From: an uncultured Candidatus Saccharibacteria bacterium
Lineage (GTDB): Bacteria > Patescibacteriota > Minisyncoccia > Phycocordibacterales > PALSA-1337
DNA: 64,000 nt
NCBI GenBank assembly: GCA_964529025.1
Contig: CAZGUZ010000001.1
Location: 6,163-70,162 of the forward strand
Reading direction: 5' to 3'
This document shows positions 47,720-59,635 of the stretch, piece by piece. How positions within the stretch are numbered: the first letter of the stretch is position 1; each line of letters starts with the position of its first letter. The notes beneath the pieces are model-generated. The model was not told the DNA's origin, searched no databases, and saw only the letters and a list, made by a program, of their open reading frames with translations. The position numbers and the translations under genes were made by a program.

Positions 47720-50700
47720 ATGTCCCGATTCGTTCATCTCCACACTCACAGTCACTACTCACTCCTTAATGCCCTGCCAAAAATCGACGATCTTGTTGAT
47801 GAAGCAAAGAAGTATGGCATGAAATCTTTGGCATTAACTGATGCCGGTAACATGTATGGTGCCATTGAATTTTACAAACAATGCACTAAAAAAGAGATTA
47901 AACCAATTATTGGTGTCGATGCCTATGTTGCAGCGCGAACACGTAAAGATATGCAGGCAGGAGTCGACAGCCGCCGTACCCGACTTGTTCTTTTGGCAAA
48001 AGATTTTACGGGGTATCAAAATCTTATTAAACTTGTTACATTTTCTCACACTGAAGGCTTTTACTATAAACCACGTATCGACCGTGAACTGATTTCAAAG
48101 TATCACGAAGGCCTTATTTGTATTGCTCCATCATTTTCAAGTGAAATATCTCAAGCTCTTAAATCACGCGATATAGAAAAAGCAAAAGAAATCATAAGCT
48201 TCTATAAAGAAAACTTTGGTGCAGACTTTTACCTAGAAATTACTCGTCACCCCGAAATTGATGGGCATGAAGCACTCATGAATCAGCTCATTAAGCTTGG
48301 GCACGAAACATCAACCCCTCTTATGGCAGCGCACGATGTGTACTATTTGCATCCGGAGGACAGAGTGGCTCGAGATACACTCATGCTCGTAAATACAGCT
48401 GGTGGCGACGCTGCAGCAGAACGCCTCAATGATAGCGATGAAGAAGATTTTTCTTTTATTTCTCCGGAACGAGCCGAGGAGCTCTTTGCAGATATACCCG
48501 AAGCTCTCGACAATACCGCAAAAATTGCCGAATCATGCAACCTTAAACTTGAATTGGCAAAGTGGACATTCCCTAACTACATTGTTGAAAGCGGTCTTTC
48601 ATACGACGATGAATTGCGCCGCATTGCTTATGAGGGAATTCCAAAACGAGGCCTTAAAGTAGACGACCCTGAAGTTGTTAACCGACTTGAATACGAACTT
48701 AAGGTTATTAAAGATAAAGGATATGCTCAGTACTTTCTCGTAGTGTCAGATCTTTTGCGCTATGCACATGAAAATGGCATCCTTACCAACATTCGAGGTT
48801 CGGTTGCTGGTTCCCTTACAACGTATGTAACTCACATTACGAATGTAGACCCTCTTGAATACCGCTTACCGTTCGAGCGTTTCCTTAACCCGCAACGACC
48901 TTCTGCTCCCGATATCGACATGGACTATGCCGATAACCGTCGCGACGAGGTTATTGGCTATGCCCGACAAAAATATGGTCATGATAAAGTGGCGCAGATC
49001 GGAACCTTTGGTACCATGATGGCCCGTGGTGCTGTTCGCGACGTAGCTCGCGCTATGGGTTACCCCTATGACCTTGGCGACAAAATATCAAAAATGATAC
49101 CGATGGGCGCACAGGGCTTTCCCATGACTATTGATCGCGCCCTCGAAGAAGTTCCCGAGCTCAAAGAGCTCTACACCAAAGAAGCCGATGTGCAAAGAAT
49201 TATCGATATGGCAAAAAAGATCGAAGGTTGTGCCCGACACATTTCGGTGCACGCGGCCGGCGTCGTAATTGCCCCTCGACCACTTGATGAATATGTACCT
49301 CTTCAGTACGACCCAAAAGGAGAAGGAAAAATTATTACCCAGTACGACATGCACGGTGTGGGTGAAGATGGCGTTGGTCTTCTCAAGTTCGACTTCCTTG
49401 GAATTAAAAACCTTTCGATTCTTGCTGATGCAGTTGACCGCGTTAAAAAAATCGAGAACATTGATGTCGACATCGAAAATATTCCCCTTAATGATCCTAA
49501 AACATTCGCAATGCTTGCCCGCGGTGAGACGGTAGGCCTTTTCCAGCTCAACGGTACAGGTATGACTCGATTCTTGGTCGAGCTTAAGCCTTCAACAATT
49601 CACGACATTAACGCTATGGTGGCTTTGTACCGACCGGGACCGCTCGAAATGATCCCTGTCTACATTGAGCGAAAACACGATCATTCAAAGATTGAATATA
49701 TTGACCCTCGCCTCAAAAATATTATTGAGCGATCTTTCGGAGTTATCACCTATCAGGACGACGTTATGATGATTGCCATCGAGCTTGCTGGATATTCTTG
49801 GCTCGAAGCCGACAAGCTCCGCAAAGCCATGGGAAAGAAAATTCCCAAAGAAATGGAAGAACAAAAAGGGAAGCTCCTTGATGGTCTTGTAAAAAACGGT
49901 ATGACAGCGTCGAAGGCAAAAAAACTCTGGGAACTTATCGAGCCATTCGCTTCGTACGGTTTCAATAAAGCACACGCTGCAAGTTATGGCCGCGTTGCCT
50001 ATCAAACGGCATACATGAAAGCCAATTTCCCTGCTATTTACATGTCAGCCGTACTCACCGCAGACTCAGGCGATGTAGAAAAGATTGCCGAAATCATTGC
50101 TGAATGTAAGCGTATGCAAATTCCTATTTTGCCGCCTGACATTAATGAAAGTTATAGTCAATTTACCGTGATTAAAGGCAAGGATGGTGAACCAGATCGC
50201 ATCCGTTTCGGACTCGTTACTATTAAAAACTTTGGCCAGAATATCGCCACATCAATTATTGATGAGCGTAAGCGTGGCGGACACTTTACATCACTTATTA
50301 ATTTCCTTGATCGAGTTCAGGATAGAAACCTCAATAAAAAATCACTTGAAGCACTCATAAAGGCTGGCGCCCTTGATAACTTTGGTCATGAGCGAGGCAC
50401 CTTACTTGGAAACATCGAAAATCTTTTGGCCTACAATAAAGAGCACGAAAAGCGCCCCACAAATCAAGACTCTCTTTTTGGCCTTATGTCCGACACATCA
50501 TCACTACCCACACTTAAGCTTGAACCTGCTCCAGCAATTCACCCACGCCAGCGCTTAGCTTGGGAAAAGGAATTACTTGGTTTGTATGTCTCTGGTCACC
50601 CTCTCGACCAATACCGCGAAGCAATTGAAAAGAGCGGTATGAATATAGCCAAAGCAAAAGAGACACTTAAAGATGGTGCCGAAGCAACATTTGCTTGCAC

Positions 50701-50920
50701 CATTGAAGAAGCAAAGCAAATTGCAACCAAAAAAGGCGACCTTATGGCCTTTCTTAAAGTTGCCGATTTTACAGGTTCGCTCGAAGCTGTAGTTTTTCCT
50801 AAGACACTTGCAACTTATCGTACCCTCCTTAATCCTGACGCTTGCATTGCACTTAAAGGAAAGATGTCTGAGCGCAATGGCCAAAAGAGTATTATTATCG
50901 ACAAAATTAAGGTGCTTTAA
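47720..50920 (+). CDS. dnaE: DNA polymerase III alpha subunit
   Basis: N-terminal PHP domain (FVHLHTHSHYSLL), polymerase core, and OB-fold C-terminus. Length is 1066 aa. Confidence 0.9.
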   Translation: MSRFVHLHTHSHYSLLNALPKIDDLVDEAKKYGMKSLALTDAGNMYGAIEFYKQCTKKEIKPIIGVDAYVAARTRKDMQAGVDSRRTRLVLLAKDFTGYQNLIKLVTFSHTEGFYYKPRIDRELISKYHEGLICIAPSFSSEISQALKSRDIEKAKEIISFYKENFGADFYLEITRHPEIDGHEALMNQLIKLGHETSTPLMAAHDVYYLHPEDRVARDTLMLVNTAGGDAAAERLNDSDEEDFSFISPERAEELFADIPEALDNTAKIAESCNLKLELAKWTFPNYIVESGLSYDDELRRIAYEGIPKRGLKVDDPEVVNRLEYELKVIKDKGYAQYFLVVSDLLRYAHENGILTNIRGSVAGSLTTYVTHITNVDPLEYRLPFERFLNPQRPSAPDIDMDYADNRRDEVIGYARQKYGHDKVAQIGTFGTMMARGAVRDVARAMGYPYDLGDKISKMIPMGAQGFPMTIDRALEEVPELKELYTKEADVQRIIDMAKKIEGCARHISVHAAGVVIAPRPLDEYVPLQYDPKGEGKIITQYDMHGVGEDGVGLLKFDFLGIKNLSILADAVDRVKKIENIDVDIENIPLNDPKTFAMLARGETVGLFQLNGTGMTRFLVELKPSTIHDINAMVALYRPGPLEMIPVYIERKHDHSKIEYIDPRLKNIIERSFGVITYQDDVMMIAIELAGYSWLEADKLRKAMGKKIPKEMEEQKGKLLDGLVKNGMTASKAKKLWELIEPFASYGFNKAHAASYGRVAYQTAYMKANFPAIYMSAVLTADSGDVEKIAEIIAECKRMQIPILPPDINESYSQFTVIKGKDGEPDRIRFGLVTIKNFGQNIATSIIDERKRGGHFTSLINFLDRVQDRNLNKKSLEALIKAGALDNFGHERGTLLGNIENLLAYNKEHEKRPTNQDSLFGLMSDTSSLPTLKLEPAPAIHPRQRLAWEKELLGLYVSGHPLDQYREAIEKSGMNIAKAKETLKDGAEATFACTIEEAKQIATKKGDLMAFLKVADFTGSLEAVVFPKTLATYRTLLNPDACIALKGKMSERNGQKSIIIDKIKVL

Positions 50921-50977
50921 ATACCGAGTAAGTTGAGCACTAGTTGGATTTAGTATTGTTGTAAATACAATTATTTC

Positions 50978-51739
50978 TCAACCCCCAACCCTCTCTAGGT
51001 GACCAATGCGACCCTCGTGTGATTGCCACATTTTGATAATAAAATCCGTTTGAACAGCGAGCTCGGCTCGAGTGGGTAAATTTTTAATATCATCTTTTGT
51101 TGCGAATTGCTTAAGATCTTCCTTAGTTGCACACAACTTAAGATCTTCTTTGGTGGCGAATCTTTCAAGATCTTTCTTTGTTGCAAACTTTTCGAGATCC
51201 TTTTTTATCGCAAACAAATTTGAGTCTACCTTAGTAGCTAAATTCTTTGCATCATCTTTGGTGAACATGTTTTTAGCCACAAGTTCCGCAAGAGCATTTA
51301 CCGAGGTATCCGTATGTTCTATCAATTCTCTTTTGAGATCGTGAATGTATTGTGGTACATGATTTTCATTATGATCAATTAATTCCTTCTTGAGATCATT
51401 AATGTACTGTGGTATATGGTTCTCTGTGTGGTCAATTAACTCTTTTTTAAGGTCGTGAATATATTGAGGTATGTGATTTTCGGTATGTTCCATTAACTCC
51501 CTTTTGAGGTCATGGATGTACTGTGGAATATGATTTTCAGTGTGGTCAATTAATTCCTTCTTGAGATCGTGAATATATTGAGGTATGTGATTTTCAGTAC
51601 GGTCAATTAACTCTTTCTGAAGATCATGAATGTACTGTGGCACATGATTTTCGGTATGTTCAATTAACTCCCTTTTGAGGTCGTGGATGTACTGTGGTAC
51701 ATGCTCTTTCGCACTATTTTGAAAGGAATTTTGCGACAT
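50978..51739 (-). CDS. Tandem-repeat protein: 7 × 20-aa repeat (ENHIPQYIHDLKKELIDHT) followed by about 9-aa (K/E)DL(K/E)xFATK repeats; C-terminal DUF1640-like coiled-coil flavour
   Basis: The periodicity is visible directly in both protein and DNA. There is no signal peptide. Confidence 0.6.
   Translation of the reverse strand: MSQNSFQNSAKEHVPQYIHDLKRELIEHTENHVPQYIHDLQKELIDRTENHIPQYIHDLKKELIDHTENHIPQYIHDLKRELMEHTENHIPQYIHDLKKELIDHTENHIPQYINDLKKELIDHNENHVPQYIHDLKRELIEHTDTSVNALAELVAKNMFTKDDAKNLATKVDSNLFAIKKDLEKFATKKDLERFATKEDLKLCATKEDLKQFATKDDIKNLPTRAELAVQTDFIIKMWQSHEGRIGHLERVGG
51293..51709. repeat. About 7 tandem copies of a 60-bp coding repeat (diverged, not identical)
   Basis: The recurrent unit …tcaattaa(c/t)tc(c/t)ttt…ga(g/a)(g/a)tc(g/a)tg(g/a)at(g/a)ta(c/t)t(g)tgg(t/c)a(t/c)atg(a/g)ttttc… has a 60-nt period. 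Confidence 0.7.
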
Positions 51740-51880
51740 ACTTTATTAATTTATGATATGTATTTAGTATAGTTTTTTGCATAAGTTAAGCAAGGATTTT
51801 TTCTACAAAAAATTCATAACTTTTTGATTTTTCTGAGTATAAATTGTGAGCAAGCTGTGTAAGCAGCAAAATTGTCTCAT

Positions 51881-51909
51881 TTGCAACAAAACTGGGCTTG
51901 CGCTACAAT
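51881..51909 (+). promoter_or_regulatory. Sigma-70-type promoter (TTGCAA –17 nt– TACAAT) for the thrS leader
   Basis: -35 at 51881..51886, a 17-nt spacer, and -10 at 51904..51909. Confidence 0.5.
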
Positions 51910-51915
51910 GCAAGA

Positions 51916-52100
51916 AATAGAGATTGTTGCGACTACCAATCGCAATTGGGTAACCAAGCGAAAGCCTAATCTATGTACAGAGATTGCTGCAATATATACG
52001 ATATACGCAGCGAAGCCCGGTGGAACCGCGGAAGACCAGAGTCTTGCGCCCGAGCATATACACGATTATTCGCGTATAGGCTCGGGCGTTTTATTTTATT
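51916..52100 (+). promoter_or_regulatory. T-box riboswitch leader (tRNA-Thr-responsive) upstream of thrS
   Basis: Stem-I-like region with AGAGA and a candidate ACC specifier at 51935..51937 followed by A. The conserved T-box sequence GCCCGGTGGAACCGCGG lies at 52015..52031. The terminator GCGCCCGAGC…GCTCGGGCG plus a T-run lies at 52046..52100, and its 5' strand can alternatively pair with the T-box. Confidence 0.6.
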
Positions 52101-52111
52101 AATAAACACAC

Positions 52112-53863
52112 ATGTCACACAATAACGAACAATTACCGCTTATTCGACACTCACTTGCCCACCTTTTGGCAAGTGCAGTTATTAAACTCTATCCAGAAAC
52201 TAAAGTAACCATTGGTCCAGCTGTTGATAATGGTTTTTACTACGACTTTGACCTTGCTCAACCAATTAACGAAAAAGAGCTTGGAAAAATCGAGCAGAAA
52301 ATGCGAGAAATCTCAAAAAGTTGGGATGGCTTCACTGCAAAAGAAGTTTCGAAAGAAGAAGCTTTAGAATTCTTTAAAGATAATCCCTATAAAATAGAAC
52401 TCATTAATGAGATTAGTGCGAAGGGTGAAAAAATAACCCTCTATACTTCGGGAGACTTCACCGACCTCTGTCGCGGTGGCCACGTTAATTCAATGAAGGA
52501 TATTGATATGAAAGGCTTTAAACTTTATCGCATTGCAGGAGCATACTGGCGCGGAAATGAAGCTAATAAAATGCTTACTCGCATTTATGGCCTCGCTTTT
52601 TCAAATAAAGAAGAGCTCGAAGCATACGAAAATCAGCAAAAAGAAGCAGAAAAACGCGATCACCGAAAACTCGGAAAAGAACTCGATATTTTTGAATTCA
52701 ATGAAGATGTTGGTGCGGGTCTACCCCTCTGGCTTCCTAATGGCGGAGCAATTATAGAAGAACTTGAAAAGCTTGCTAAAGAAACTGAGTTTGCTTATGA
52801 ATACGAGCGCGTTCACACACCTCACCTTGCAAAAGATAAGCTCTACCTAACATCGGGGCACCTTCCTTATTATGAAGACTCTATGTTCCCTCCTATGGAA
52901 TACGAGGGTGGCAAGTACTACCTCAAGGCTATGAATTGTCCGCACCACCACAAAATTTTTGATGCGCGACCACGCAGCTATAAAGAAATGCCTCTTCGCT
53001 TGGCAGAATACGGTACCTGCTATCGTCATGAAAAATCAGGAGAACTCTTTGGCCTTATGCGCGTACGTTCTTTGCAAATGAATGATGCCCATATTTACTG
53101 TACCGAAGAACAATTCTTTGATGAATTCAAGAAGGTTATTGAAATGTATTTGTACTATTTCAAGATCTTTGGAATTAGTAGTTTCAAAATGCGCCTTTCA
53201 AAGCATTCAAAAGAAAAGCTTGGTAAAAAGTATATTGATAATGAGGCTCTCTGGGTTAAAACTGAAGATATGGTTCGTAAAAGTCTTCAAGACCTTAACG
53301 TACCATTCTTTGAAGCCGAAGACGAAGGTGCTTTCTATGGACCAAAAATTGACGTTCAGATTTGGTCAGCAATTGGTCGCGAATTTACTCTTGCAACAAA
53401 CCAGGTAGACTTTGCTGTTCCGGAGCGCTTTGGACTTACTTATGTAGACAAGGATGGAACAAAGAAGACTCCTCTCTGTATTCATCGAGCTCCACTTTCT
53501 ACCCACGAGCGTTTTATTGGCTTCCTCATTGAGCACTATGCGGGTAACTTCCCTCTCTGGCTCGCACCTGAGCAGGTCTATGTTGTTCCCGTTAAAGAGA
53601 CAGCATTTGATACAGCGCAGAAAGTATACAAAGAACTTCGCCAACGAGGAATTCGTGCACGTATTGATACAACTAATGACGGCTTTGGAAAGAAGGTTCG
53701 CAAAGCAAAAGATGCTCATGCGCCATACACCATCATCATTGGTGACAAAGATATTGAGGCAGGTAAAATCACCCTTGAAAGTCGTGATCATGGCCAAATC
53801 GGGCAAATCACCGCAGAAGAAGCAGTTGCCCGACTTGAAGCAGAAATTAAGCAGAGATCGTAA
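52112..53863 (+). CDS. thrS: Threonyl-tRNA synthetase (lacks N-terminal TGS domain)
   Basis: Class II motifs and a C-terminal anticodon-binding domain, 583 aa (…HRAPLSTHERFIGFLIEHYAG…). Confidence 0.9.
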   Translation: MSHNNEQLPLIRHSLAHLLASAVIKLYPETKVTIGPAVDNGFYYDFDLAQPINEKELGKIEQKMREISKSWDGFTAKEVSKEEALEFFKDNPYKIELINEISAKGEKITLYTSGDFTDLCRGGHVNSMKDIDMKGFKLYRIAGAYWRGNEANKMLTRIYGLAFSNKEELEAYENQQKEAEKRDHRKLGKELDIFEFNEDVGAGLPLWLPNGGAIIEELEKLAKETEFAYEYERVHTPHLAKDKLYLTSGHLPYYEDSMFPPMEYEGGKYYLKAMNCPHHHKIFDARPRSYKEMPLRLAEYGTCYRHEKSGELFGLMRVRSLQMNDAHIYCTEEQFFDEFKKVIEMYLYYFKIFGISSFKMRLSKHSKEKLGKKYIDNEALWVKTEDMVRKSLQDLNVPFFEAEDEGAFYGPKIDVQIWSAIGREFTLATNQVDFAVPERFGLTYVDKDGTKKTPLCIHRAPLSTHERFIGFLIEHYAGNFPLWLAPEQVYVVPVKETAFDTAQKVYKELRQRGIRARIDTTNDGFGKKVRKAKDAHAPYTIIIGDKDIEAGKITLESRDHGQIGQITAEEAVARLEAEIKQRS

Positions 53864-53896
53864 TTCTCATTATTGCAGTAATGCTACAGTAGTAGC

Positions 53897-53922
53897 AAAA
53901 AACCGGTTCAAACCGGTTTTTT
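53897..53922. terminator. Bidirectional intrinsic terminator
   Basis: AAAAAACCGG-ttcaaa-CCGGTTTTTT. It sits between the convergent thrS and the PKD-repeat surface protein gene. Confidence 0.7.
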
Positions 53923-53991
53923 GCTGACATTATATTGAATAGTACCCGTTATATGCATTACTGCATATGCCGTACTCACATTCAATAAGAA

Positions 53992-55395
53992 TTATAGTTT
54001 ATTCTTATTGTAAATCATGTAGAAGATAGTTCCCAAAAGCACGAGAATAACAAGGATAGAAACTGAACCCCATGGTGCATTCTTAAGTGAAAGAATAGAA
54101 GCCGCTCCTAAAGCACTAATTGCACCTGTAAGAGTTTCTTTATCCGCAGATTTAACATCTGTTGTTCCAGACTTAGTACCACTTGATGGACTAACAGTGC
54201 CGCCGCGCACAGCAGAGCCAGTAATTGAAACTGATCCGCAAGCTACTGTAATTTGGCGACCAGCTGAGTATACGGTTACATTTGCGCTCTTAAGCCCTTG
54301 CGTATAGTAACCAGTCACAACGCTGTCTCGGTTACTCTGTAGACTGTCTGAGCCACTCCAAGCATATGCATATGAGCCATTACCACCTCGAGGATACACC
54401 ATCCATGTTACAGGAACTCCAGGATTAGCAGATGTTCTATCAGCTGTACATGAAGCTGTTAAATCACCATTATAAACTGATGAAACTCGCTGTGTAGTAT
54501 AGTAACGATCTGAGTCATTATTATCTTCAACACGAACTGTTGGACAGCTACGTGTTTCATATTGACCTCCAGAGCGAACCTCGACTTCCATACGATATGT
54601 TCCTGGATAATCATACTCAACTCGTGTTGTGCGGCCAGTATCACTAAAACCATCAGAACCGTCCCATTCATAGCGATATGAACCTGAACCACCATCAGCA
54701 TCAGCTTCATAGCGAACTGATTCACCTACCTTAACTGTTCTGTCATCGACAGTACACTTAACATCTAGATCGTCGTCATTATCATAGTCATCATCGTAAT
54801 CGTAGTCATCATAGTAGTCAGAACTTGAACTATAAACAATAACTGAGTGTGAACATGTTTGTGTAATAGAACGACCACCAGAAGTTACACGGACCTGCGC
54901 TGTTTTAGTACCTGTTCTATCATAGCGAATAGATGCTGATGATCCTGAATCAGAAAGTCCTTCAGTACCAGTCCAAGAATACGAGTAGTTACCGTTTCCA
55001 CCCCATGCAGAGGCATTCCAAATAACTGTACGGCCAACATAAGACACCGCTGTACCAGAATGACAACTTACACCAAGCTGACCAAAGTCATATTCAGAAT
55101 CAACATTAGAATTAGAATTTGATGTAGAAACAACTGCAGGACTTACAACTACAGCTGAATTCCCTGAGACTACCCCACCAGGACTATTCACATTACTGTT
55201 AACATTGTTGCTATTAACGTAATTTACATTCTGTGGCCCATTATCATCACAGTCGCGAAACACGCAGAATGGATCTGCAATACTTTCAAGAGATAAAGCA
55301 AAAGCGACATGCGGAATAAAAGCCGTTGCAACAAAAAGGGCAATAAAAAAGCCAGTAAATGTGTATTTCATGTGGGTATTCATACGTTGCAACAT
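53992..55395 (-). CDS. Cell-surface protein: signal peptide, three roughly 80-aa Cys-bounded PKD/Ig-like repeats, acidic DY-rich linker, C-terminal transmembrane anchor
   Basis: The three internal repeats share W…GGNGSY.Y.W.GS(D/E)G…; the second is separated from the first by DYYDDYDYDDDYDNDDD. The C-terminus is hydrophobic (ILVILVLLGTIFYMIY). Confidence 0.55.
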   Translation of the reverse strand: MLQRMNTHMKYTFTGFFIALFVATAFIPHVAFALSLESIADPFCVFRDCDDNGPQNVNYVNSNNVNSNVNSPGGVVSGNSAVVVSPAVVSTSNSNSNVDSEYDFGQLGVSCHSGTAVSYVGRTVIWNASAWGGNGNYSYSWTGTEGLSDSGSSASIRYDRTGTKTAQVRVTSGGRSITQTCSHSVIVYSSSSDYYDDYDYDDDYDNDDDLDVKCTVDDRTVKVGESVRYEADADGGSGSYRYEWDGSDGFSDTGRTTRVEYDYPGTYRMEVEVRSGGQYETRSCPTVRVEDNNDSDRYYTTQRVSSVYNGDLTASCTADRTSANPGVPVTWMVYPRGGNGSYAYAWSGSDSLQSNRDSVVTGYYTQGLKSANVTVYSAGRQITVACGSVSITGSAVRGGTVSPSSGTKSGTTDVKSADKETLTGAISALGAASILSLKNAPWGSVSILVILVLLGTIFYMIYNKNKL

Positions 55396-55467
55396 TATAT
55401 ATCAAAATAACGCTACAGTCAACACCTTAAGACCCTTCTGTACAGCCCTACTTTTTGCTACAAACTC

Positions 55468-57615
<2,148 letters not shown>

Positions 57616-57704
57616 TTAATTATACCAAAAAGAGACAGTTATGTCCCTTTACATTAACCACACTTTGCTTTCTTATGCGCCACAGAATGGCTCAGAATCA
57701 GTAT

Positions 57705-59633
57705 TTATCGAATCTCCCATCCTCGAGCCTTTAAAGCTTCGTAAATTGCTTGTACTGGAGCTGAAATTTGCTCTTCGGTAAGCGTTGCTGTATTTGACTG
57801 AAACACCAAACGGAAAGCATATGAAGTCTTTGAACTTCCATCATCGAATGTCTTGGTAAATATATCGAAGAGGCGCAAGCGTACACAATATTCACCCTTA
57901 TGTTGATCTATAACGGCACGAATATCTGCTTCTGTAATGTCTGTCGGCACGAATACGGCAATGTCGCGCACAGAGAATGGAAATGGTGAAAATGGATTGT
58001 ACCGAGTAGTCCCCTTACTTACCAAGGGAATACTTTCAAGTGTTGCTTGGTCTTTTGCTCTATACGAAGTAAGGTCCATTTCGAATTCGGCAGCATATAA
58101 CTTACCTGATGTTTTTGTTGCAATAGGCTTGCATGTTATGCCAACACTCTGTTCAATATCCTTAATAATTGATTCGATATCTTGTTGCGGATTTTGACCT
58201 TTCACTTTCTTAATATGAGCACAAGCAAGTCCAACAAAAATCTTTTCTCCTGTTATTGGAAAAACTTTTCCAATTTCAAACTGTTTGAGCGTATCAATTT
58301 CAAGAATGTCTGCATTGCGAGCATTTACCTCGGCACTCTCAATAAGATTTGGCAAAAGAGATGTTCGCAAAAATGCTTTATCTTTTGCTACAGGATATGC
58401 AGTTTCAAGATCACCTTTACTACTTAATGTGTATAAAATTGTTTCGGTCCACCCCTGCTGAGCAAGAACTGATTTAATTGATTCAAGAACAAAATATTGT
58501 GTATTTATAGGCTGAGGCTGAGTATATTCAGGTAGCTTATTGGGGAGTGTTTCGTAGCCTAAAAGTCGACCGATCTCTTCGGTAAAGTCGGGCATAATAA
58601 CTAGGTCACGACGCCATACTGGTGGTGTCACCTTAATATCCGCACCTTGCACCACCTCAACCACGCAGTGCAAACTGGTGAGTATTCGTGTGGCATCATC
58701 CAAAGCAACCTCTCGGCCGAGCAATGAAGAAATCTGCTTTAGAGAAATTACTCGTGATTCTGCCAACTCTTTATGTGGGTAATAATCATATATTTGACCA
58801 ACAGAAATTTTAGTCCCGTGAAGTATTTTTGCTAAATATGATGTGAAAGCTTTAACTCCTTCAACAGTCATTTCGGGACTAATATTATTTTCAAAACGCT
58901 TTGATGAATCGTTTTTAATACCAACTTTTTCTGATGTTCTTCGAGTCTTAACAGGATCAAAGTTTGCAGCCTCAAGAAGGATTGTTGTTGTAGTTTCGGT
59001 TACCTCGGCTACCTTACCTCCTTTTATACCAGCAAGTGCTAAAGAGTTCTTGGCGTCAGCAATAACAACCATTGAAGAGTTAAGCTTTACCTCTTTTGAA
59101 TCAAGCGTTGTAAATAACTCGTCATTATTTGCATTACGAACAGAAATTTCTGAAGCAAGCTTACTTGCATCAAAAGCGTGGAGTGGCTGCCCTGTTTCAA
59201 ACATGACATAGTTTGCCAAGTCAACAATAAGGTTTATTGAGCGTTGCCCAATAGCTTCGAGTCGATTTCGTAGCCATGCTGGAGTTTCGGTATTCTGAAT
59301 GCCTTCAATACGACACGCCGTATATCTGCGAACACTTTGTGGATCGCAATCAATACTTACCTCTGGGGCACTTAATGTGGCTTGTGGCAGTGCATGGTTT
59401 CTATCATTGCGCTTAATACCTAGGATTGCCGCCAACTCATATGCAATACCATTCCATGACAAAGCGTAGTGTGCGCGATCTGGTAAGACCTTAATATCAA
59501 TAACAGTTTCGTCACCAATACTTTCTATACCTTCTACTTCAAAACAGCGAGCAATGAGAGCATTGCTAATTTGCTCAACCGTTGGTGTTGAACTACCGAA
59601 TTCTTCTTTAAGCCATGAATAAGGGATTTTCAT
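57705..59633 (-). CDS. pheT: Phenylalanyl-tRNA synthetase beta subunit (short form)
   Basis: 642 aa with B3/4, B5 and catalytic-like domains. It is immediately downstream of pheS. Confidence 0.85.
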   Translation of the reverse strand: MKIPYSWLKEEFGSSTPTVEQISNALIARCFEVEGIESIGDETVIDIKVLPDRAHYALSWNGIAYELAAILGIKRNDRNHALPQATLSAPEVSIDCDPQSVRRYTACRIEGIQNTETPAWLRNRLEAIGQRSINLIVDLANYVMFETGQPLHAFDASKLASEISVRNANNDELFTTLDSKEVKLNSSMVVIADAKNSLALAGIKGGKVAEVTETTTTILLEAANFDPVKTRRTSEKVGIKNDSSKRFENNISPEMTVEGVKAFTSYLAKILHGTKISVGQIYDYYPHKELAESRVISLKQISSLLGREVALDDATRILTSLHCVVEVVQGADIKVTPPVWRRDLVIMPDFTEEIGRLLGYETLPNKLPEYTQPQPINTQYFVLESIKSVLAQQGWTETILYTLSSKGDLETAYPVAKDKAFLRTSLLPNLIESAEVNARNADILEIDTLKQFEIGKVFPITGEKIFVGLACAHIKKVKGQNPQQDIESIIKDIEQSVGITCKPIATKTSGKLYAAEFEMDLTSYRAKDQATLESIPLVSKGTTRYNPFSPFPFSVRDIAVFVPTDITEADIRAVIDQHKGEYCVRLRLFDIFTKTFDDGSSKTSYAFRLVFQSNTATLTEEQISAPVQAIYEALKARGWEIR

Positions 59634-59635
59634 AA

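Noticed and set aside
47675-47755. Upstream extension of rnhB to the ATG at 47755
   Set aside because: It would overlap the divergent dnaE start (47720). The RNase HII conserved N-terminus begins near the internal Met, so I chose 47674 as the start, but the longer form is not excluded.
51293-51709. 60-bp tandem repeats as a possible CRISPR array
   Set aside because: The repeats are directly adjacent with no spacers, sit inside a continuous reading frame, and encode a periodic peptide. They are not a CRISPR array.
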